Positions 25,246 through 29,256 of a stretch of DNA of 29,256 nucleotides are shown here, one piece after another. A program made the translations under genes and the position numbers. The first letter of the stretch is position 1. Each line of letters begins with the position of its first letter. The notes beneath the pieces were generated by a model. The model was not told the DNA's origin. It saw nothing but the letters and a program-made list of their open reading frames with translations, and made no database searches. This DNA comes from a virus (lineage: Duplodnaviria; Caudoviricetes), in IMG/VR virus record IMGVR_UViG_3300032281_000200, positions 1 through 29,256 of that record, one strand, 5' to 3'.

Positions 25246-25800
25246 TTATGTATTTATTGAGCCTATAATATCTTGCATCTGGTGGTAGTCATAGTCGATG
25301 ATTATCTTGTTACCGCCATAAGTACGGGCTGTCCCAAAGTCAATAATGTCTCTAACCTCTTCTAACTGATATATCTTAAAATTATGGAAGTAAAATTTGC
25401 AGGTCATTCCGTCAAATGACTTACCTTTTGCCCAAGCATTTATGTCTTCTGCAGATTCATCTCCTCGGTCCATGAGTCTTAATACTGCCTCTTGTATCTT
25501 AATCATACTTTCCGTCACACCATTTTGAGTTGCATAAAAATAGTATAGCAACTGTTCACACTTGATATGTGGGAATGGAGACCTTCTCATTCTGATTAGT
25601 CTGTCGTATACGGCAACAACGCCTTCATATGAGGCTCTCTGATCATTGATAACAATCCATTGCTCTGTTAAGTCATCAATCGTGTTTGGCAATGTTGGGA
25701 AAAATGGGATTGCAATTTCTGTATTATTAAAAATCTTTTCCTGTAGATATCTATTTATCCACAATCCTGGAGTATTTAATGTTGATGTTGACTCTGTCAT
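25246..25800 (-). CDS. Putative tail terminator/completion protein
   Basis: 184 aa immediately upstream of the tube gene; TAATG coupling. Assigned mainly by gene order. Confidence 0.6.
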   Translation of the reverse strand: MTESTSTLNTPGLWINRYLQEKIFNNTEIAIPFFPTLPNTIDDLTEQWIVINDQRASYEGVVAVYDRLIRMRRSPFPHIKCEQLLYYFYATQNGVTESMIKIQEAVLRLMDRGDESAEDINAWAKGKSFDGMTCKFYFHNFKIYQLEEVRDIIDFGTARTYGGNKIIIDYDYHQMQDIIGSINT

Positions 25801-26474
25801 TATGATACCTTCCCTGCACTTGCTACCCAGCGAGATCCAACAGACATTCCTGTTGATCTTCCACCTTTTTTGCCAGCAGACAGATTCTTCTTATAGACTG
25901 TTGGATTAGCAAAGTATTTATCAATACCACTTGATCTTAAAAATGATTGGGTAAAGTATTTACCAAAAAACATATCCCAAACATTCTCAAACTGTCCCTG
26001 TGTATTTCCTCCAGGGTTTTGAACTAATACTGGTTTCTTTGTATACACAACTTGTCCACCAACTTCAAACCTCAAAGTCTCTCCGTTAATTGGTTTAATA
26101 ACAACTGGCTGACCAAGTTCCATAACACTTGCTTTATTTTCAAAAGGAACTCTTGAACCATCTTGAATTGTTTTTGATTGCTTAAAGTCTGACATAAATG
26201 ATAGACCAAGGTTGCTGACAGTAAACTTAATATCAAACAGTCTTGCTGATGAACTTCCTGATTGACCCCACTCATAAATATGATGAAGTGTTTGATAGTT
26301 TACTCTTGCATTTGCATCAATAAATTGTGATGCTTGTTCTGCTACTGCTGGTCCAAGATTTTTAAAAAAGGCAGACTTTCCAACTTGAACACCATCAACA
26401 AATCCGAAAGAGTATTCCATAATGTTGTCCATCTCTTTACGAAATTGCTTGCTGTCCATTCTTATTTTAATCAT
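25800..26474 (-). CDS. Putative neck/tail-completion protein (HK97 gp10-like position)
   Basis: 224 aa, basic, located between stopper and terminator positions; ATGA overlap upstream; KASVMELG motif. Confidence 0.55.
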   Translation of the reverse strand: MIKIRMDSKQFRKEMDNIMEYSFGFVDGVQVGKSAFFKNLGPAVAEQASQFIDANARVNYQTLHHIYEWGQSGSSSARLFDIKFTVSNLGLSFMSDFKQSKTIQDGSRVPFENKASVMELGQPVVIKPINGETLRFEVGGQVVYTKKPVLVQNPGGNTQGQFENVWDMFFGKYFTQSFLRSSGIDKYFANPTVYKKNLSAGKKGGRSTGMSVGSRWVASAGKVS

Positions 26475-26917
26475 ACATCTACCGCCTGATTTTCAGATCT
26501 GCGTACGACAAGATTGTAATATTCAATACCGCCGAATGGTCCTACGAATGGTTCCTGTGTTGCAATTTCAAAGATTGTGGACTTACCTGCTCTTGGTCCT
26601 GCTGTCTCTGTGTATATGTGATTGCAGTTTCTATCACGAATATTTGTCAAGATAATGTTTGTCATTGAGTGCGGAGCATCTAAACTTGAAACTCTGATAT
26701 CGGTCTTTACTCTACCAATGAGAGATGTCTTTTGTGTAATATTTACATTTGGAGTTATCTCTTCTTTTCCTGCGCCACCTACAGAATTAAAATTACCAGC
26801 AATAGTTTTATCTAAAACCCAAGTCTTTTTAACATTTCCATAAACCCCTTGATCAACAATTGGGTAATAGACATCTGCTTGCATTGGGAAGATAAAATCT
26901 GGCTCTTCGCATATCAT
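26471..26917 (-). CDS. Putative head-closure (stopper) protein
   Basis: 148 aa, beta-rich, after the adaptor; DQGVYGNVKKTW hairpin and C-terminal IEYYNLVVRR. Confidence 0.6.
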   Translation of the reverse strand: MICEEPDFIFPMQADVYYPIVDQGVYGNVKKTWVLDKTIAGNFNSVGGAGKEEITPNVNITQKTSLIGRVKTDIRVSSLDAPHSMTNIILTNIRDRNCNHIYTETAGPRAGKSTIFEIATQEPFVGPFGGIEYYNLVVRRSENQAVDV

Positions 26918-27834
26918 TAAATTATCCCTGGCTTGACAATATTTTTAACATATTTTTCAAGTATCTTATCTACTAAGAAGTTTCCTGTTCCGCTAAGCAT
27001 TGCTTTATCAAACTGAATTCTAAACTGATCTGTGTTGTATGCTGTAATGTATCTCTTGTAATAATCAAGTTTCCCACACTTAAGATCTTCTATTAAAAGT
27101 TTTGCTGCGTACTCAATATCCGCAGGAACTGTTAGGTATCCGTGATCAACAATAAATGTGTAATCGTATCCTGAAGGGAATCCTACGCCATCATATCCAT
27201 AGTAGGCAAGATCTCCACTTGCTATTGGAAGGTTCTGGGCTGTGGACTCATACCTGTTAACTACACCATCACGTATTTTTTGTATAGCGGTTTTATCTGA
27301 TGTTATAGAATACTGGTGCTCATTTAATTCTGGAGTTGATCTATCATAAACTAATTGGTTATTCTCGTAAACCTTAAATACTCTATAAACCTTTTCCCAT
27401 AAAGAAAAATAGTCTGATCCGTTACCAGTTCCGATAACTGTAACCTTCTTATTATAAAATCCTTCTGGAACAAATGTATCTATCATTGATCTTGCTACTA
27501 ATTCTAATGTTGTGTATTCGGCAATCTCTGATGCCGTTGTTCCTAATGTGCTTGGGTCTACATATGGTCTTATTAATTCATAAAACTCTTCGTAGATTTC
27601 CGTTTCTGTCCCGTTAACAATTTTAAAAATTTCTACTCTGTAATTATTATCGTATCTTCCAGGAAGAGAAATCTCTAAGTCATCACCTGTGTCTGAACTT
27701 AAAAATTCTAAATCTTGTATTGAAAGATCCGCCATGTCCGTAACTCTTGCATATATGTCAACATTTGTATACCCTGCTGGTACAACAAAGTTTACTGCAA
27801 TTGTTTCGTATGGCGGAACTCTCAATATTTCCAT
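26917..27834 (-). CDS. Head-tail adaptor with N-terminal extension
   Basis: ARSMIDTF...GNGSDYFSL...FPSG...HGYLTVPADIEYAAKLLI...TGNFLVDKILEKY resembles phage head-tail connector proteins. Confidence 0.72.
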   Translation of the reverse strand: MEILRVPPYETIAVNFVVPAGYTNVDIYARVTDMADLSIQDLEFLSSDTGDDLEISLPGRYDNNYRVEIFKIVNGTETEIYEEFYELIRPYVDPSTLGTTASEIAEYTTLELVARSMIDTFVPEGFYNKKVTVIGTGNGSDYFSLWEKVYRVFKVYENNQLVYDRSTPELNEHQYSITSDKTAIQKIRDGVVNRYESTAQNLPIASGDLAYYGYDGVGFPSGYDYTFIVDHGYLTVPADIEYAAKLLIEDLKCGKLDYYKRYITAYNTDQFRIQFDKAMLSGTGNFLVDKILEKYVKNIVKPGII

Positions 27835-27836
27835 AT

Positions 27837-28274
27837 TTACTTACCAAATTCCTTGGCAACTTCTTCTGGTGTGGCAACTCTGATGTGTGATCGTGTAAGC
27901 CACTTTTCTGCTGCATCTTTTTCAACGATGTTATAGCCACGATATACCTTACCTACCTCTGACCATGTAACATTCTTAGTTGAATAAAGGGCAACTGTTT
28001 CCTTCTTTTCAGTAGGCAACTTCTTGCTAGACTTTCTTGATTCTTTTGGTGCTGTTGTTGCTCCAATGACACCATCTGCAACTGATCCAAGAGCCTGAAC
28101 TTCTTCAGGTGCCTCGTATGCAGGGGCTTCAATAGCATCTACTTCTGGTGCTTCTTCTACAACTGAAGTTTCCTCAATAGGTTCTGCAACTGGCTCTGTA
28201 ACAACTGGTGCTTCAAAAACTGGTGCTTCAAACACTGACTCTTCTTCAATTGGATTATTATTCATGTATTCCAT
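27837..28274 (-). CDS. Acidic low-complexity protein following the capsid gene
   Basis: 145 aa; E/A/P/V-rich N-terminal half and compact C-terminal domain (GYNIVEKDAAEKWLTRSHIRVATPEEV); RBS AAGGAGG. Confidence 0.82.
   Translation of the reverse strand: MEYMNNNPIEEESVFEAPVFEAPVVTEPVAEPIEETSVVEEAPEVDAIEAPAYEAPEEVQALGSVADGVIGATTAPKESRKSSKKLPTEKKETVALYSTKNVTWSEVGKVYRGYNIVEKDAAEKWLTRSHIRVATPEEVAKEFGK
28204..28237. repeat. 15-bp tandem duplication encoding VFEAP-VFEAP
   Basis: actggtgcttcaaaa-actggtgcttcaaac-actg. Confidence 0.85.
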
Positions 28275-28291
28275 AATTCCTCCTTGTTAGT

Positions 28292-28305
28292 ATTATATCA
28301 TTATA
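28292..28305 (-). promoter_or_regulatory. Putative extended -10 promoter TGaTATAAT (tandem TATAAT-GA-TATAAT)
   Basis: Directly after the capsid terminator: TATAATGATATAAT-actaacAAGGAGGaatt-ATG(28274). Confidence 0.72.
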
Positions 28306-28311
28306 AGTAAT

Positions 28312-28346
28312 AAAGGGGAGTAAGAGCGTTAACTCCTACTCCCCCT
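28312..28346 (-). terminator. Intrinsic terminator after the capsid gene, possibly bidirectional
   Basis: GGGGAGTAGGAG-TTAACG-CTCTTACTCCCC-TTTATT: 12-bp stem with one G-U pair; a T-run also follows on the plus strand. Confidence 0.85.
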
Positions 28347-28366
28347 AATTTTTTACTGTTTACAGA

Positions 28367-29256
28367 TTATGCAACGTCTGCTGCTGCATCTGCGTATGCG
28401 ATAGCATCCTGCTCTTCCCATTGAAGTCCAAAGCGTACGAAGACTGTATATTCTACAGTGTCCTTCTTAGGCTTGTATTCACGGTTAACAGTGATATCAC
28501 GCTGGAATCCCCATACACGGTTCTGTGGGAATGTCAAGTCGACATATCCTGCAGGGTAGTAAGGAACTTCTTGTACGTCAACTCCGAGGACACGTGTTGT
28601 ACGTGCTCCACCGAATGTCTGTGCTCCACCATCAAGATATGCTTGACGGTTTGTTGGAGTACCACCAGCCTGAGAAGCAAATGCTTCTGCTACTGCGTCT
28701 GCTAGAGTACCGTTATTCTTAACGATTCCCTGGAATGCATCTGTACCAGCATAGAACTTCAAGTTAGACTTGATAGCACGATACTTGCGTGGCATTGCTG
28801 TGATGATTTGCTGCATTACATCAGTTGTCCAGGCGTCATTAGCGACTGTAACTACTGCTTCGTGGGCATCTCCATCAGTCTTGACACGATTTACGAAACC
28901 TTCCATGATTGAAAGGAATGAGTCTGATCCTGCACCTGTTCCGTTGATTGCAAGGTCTTCGATATCATTACCGAAAGCATTTGTCATCAAACGAACAATG
29001 TGATCTTCTAGTTGTGCACCTTCGATGTTATCTTCTAGTGCTTCAGTTGCTACTTCCCAGTCAAGACGAATCTTCTTTGTAGTCAATTCAACCTTTGAGA
29101 ATGTTGCACCTGCGTTTGTGTAGTCGCCAACTGCTTGCGCTGCTGCACGAATTACACGCTCTCCGACGTTTACCTTTTCGAGTTCCATTGTATTGGCTCT
29201 CATAGTAACACGACGGCCATCTTGGGCGAGAGTGGTTGCATCCCACACGTAGTCGA
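28367..29256 (-). CDS. Major capsid protein (HK97 fold), 5'-truncated by the window edge
   Basis: The frame is open to the window end (...DYVWDATTL), so the track's GTG is internal; VELTTKKIRLDWEVATEALEDNIEG...FGNDIEDLAINGTG, MPRKYR, LTFPQNRVWGFQRDI. Confidence 0.93.
   Translation of the reverse strand, partial: DYVWDATTLAQDGRRVTMRANTMELEKVNVGERVIRAAAQAVGDYTNAGATFSKVELTTKKIRLDWEVATEALEDNIEGAQLEDHIVRLMTNAFGNDIEDLAINGTGAGSDSFLSIMEGFVNRVKTDGDAHEAVVTVANDAWTTDVMQQIITAMPRKYRAIKSNLKFYAGTDAFQGIVKNNGTLADAVAEAFASQAGGTPTNRQAYLDGGAQTFGGARTTRVLGVDVQEVPYYPAGYVDLTFPQNRVWGFQRDITVNREYKPKKDTVEYTVFVRFGLQWEEQDAIAYADAAADVA

Larger units (their letters stand above)
1..29256 (-). mobile_element. Fragment of a large tailed phage genome (siphovirus-like): head/neck/tail module followed by a replication module
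   Basis: Continuous co-oriented genes in canonical order: capsid, adaptor, stopper, tail completion, tail tube, chaperones, tape measure, Dit, hub. No tail sheath gene, host housekeeping gene, integrase or att site is visible. Confidence 0.96.

Noticed and set aside
12805-28138. Short minus-strand ORFs nested out of frame in larger genes (e.g. 12805-12996, 15280-15522, 20332-20616, 27953-28138)
   Set aside because: Their Leu/Gln/Lys-rich composition is typical of alternate-frame reads, and I saw no supporting initiation signals.
416-29003. Many plus-strand ORFs of 60-149 aa in the ORF track (e.g. 24819-25268, 18690-19070, 22062-22430)
   Set aside because: They lie antisense to well-supported genes, many in the mirrored codon register, with no recognisable motifs; they look like shadow ORFs.
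29246-29248. GTG start for the capsid protein given in the track
   Set aside because: The frame stays open to the window edge, so this is an internal Val codon.
1-29256. Genome-wide stop-codon reassignment (TAG read as sense)
   Set aside because: Long genes are intact under the standard bacterial code, and TAG ends the Dit-like gene (13332) and helicase (4058) at sensible boundaries.
1-29256. tRNA or other structured RNA genes
   Set aside because: Intergenic gaps are all under about 100 nt and are accounted for by terminators, promoters and RBSs; I saw no cloverleaf pattern.

Overview
The whole window is an AT-rich fragment of a large tailed dsDNA phage (siphovirus-type), with every credible gene on the minus strand and very little intergenic space. 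In transcription order (right to left): major capsid protein (5'-truncated), an acidic accessory protein, four neck/tail-completion genes, major tail protein, two tail-assembly-chaperone-like genes, a 3138-aa tape measure protein, distal tail and hub proteins, and four minor tail-tip genes. A regulation/replication block follows directly: Zn-ribbon protein, MerR/Xis-like HTH protein, two small conserved-looking ORFs, DnaB-like helicase, a hypothetical ORF, DnaG-like primase, T4 gp32-like SSB and a DnaE (Pol III alpha) polymerase. The DnaE ORF runs off the left edge and is missing from the supplied ORF track. The most notable observation is that the two chaperone genes are paralogs: one looks like a permanently fused G-T form and the other a stand-alone G, each behind its own promoter. 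This suggests gene duplication has replaced the usual programmed frameshift. Other points are a family of extended -10 promoters (several leaderless) that restart transcription right after terminators, a mosaic tape measure protein with an apparent globular cargo region, and an SSB gene in frame with dnaE across TAG-TAG. All product calls come from motifs and gene order read by eye; no database search was run.
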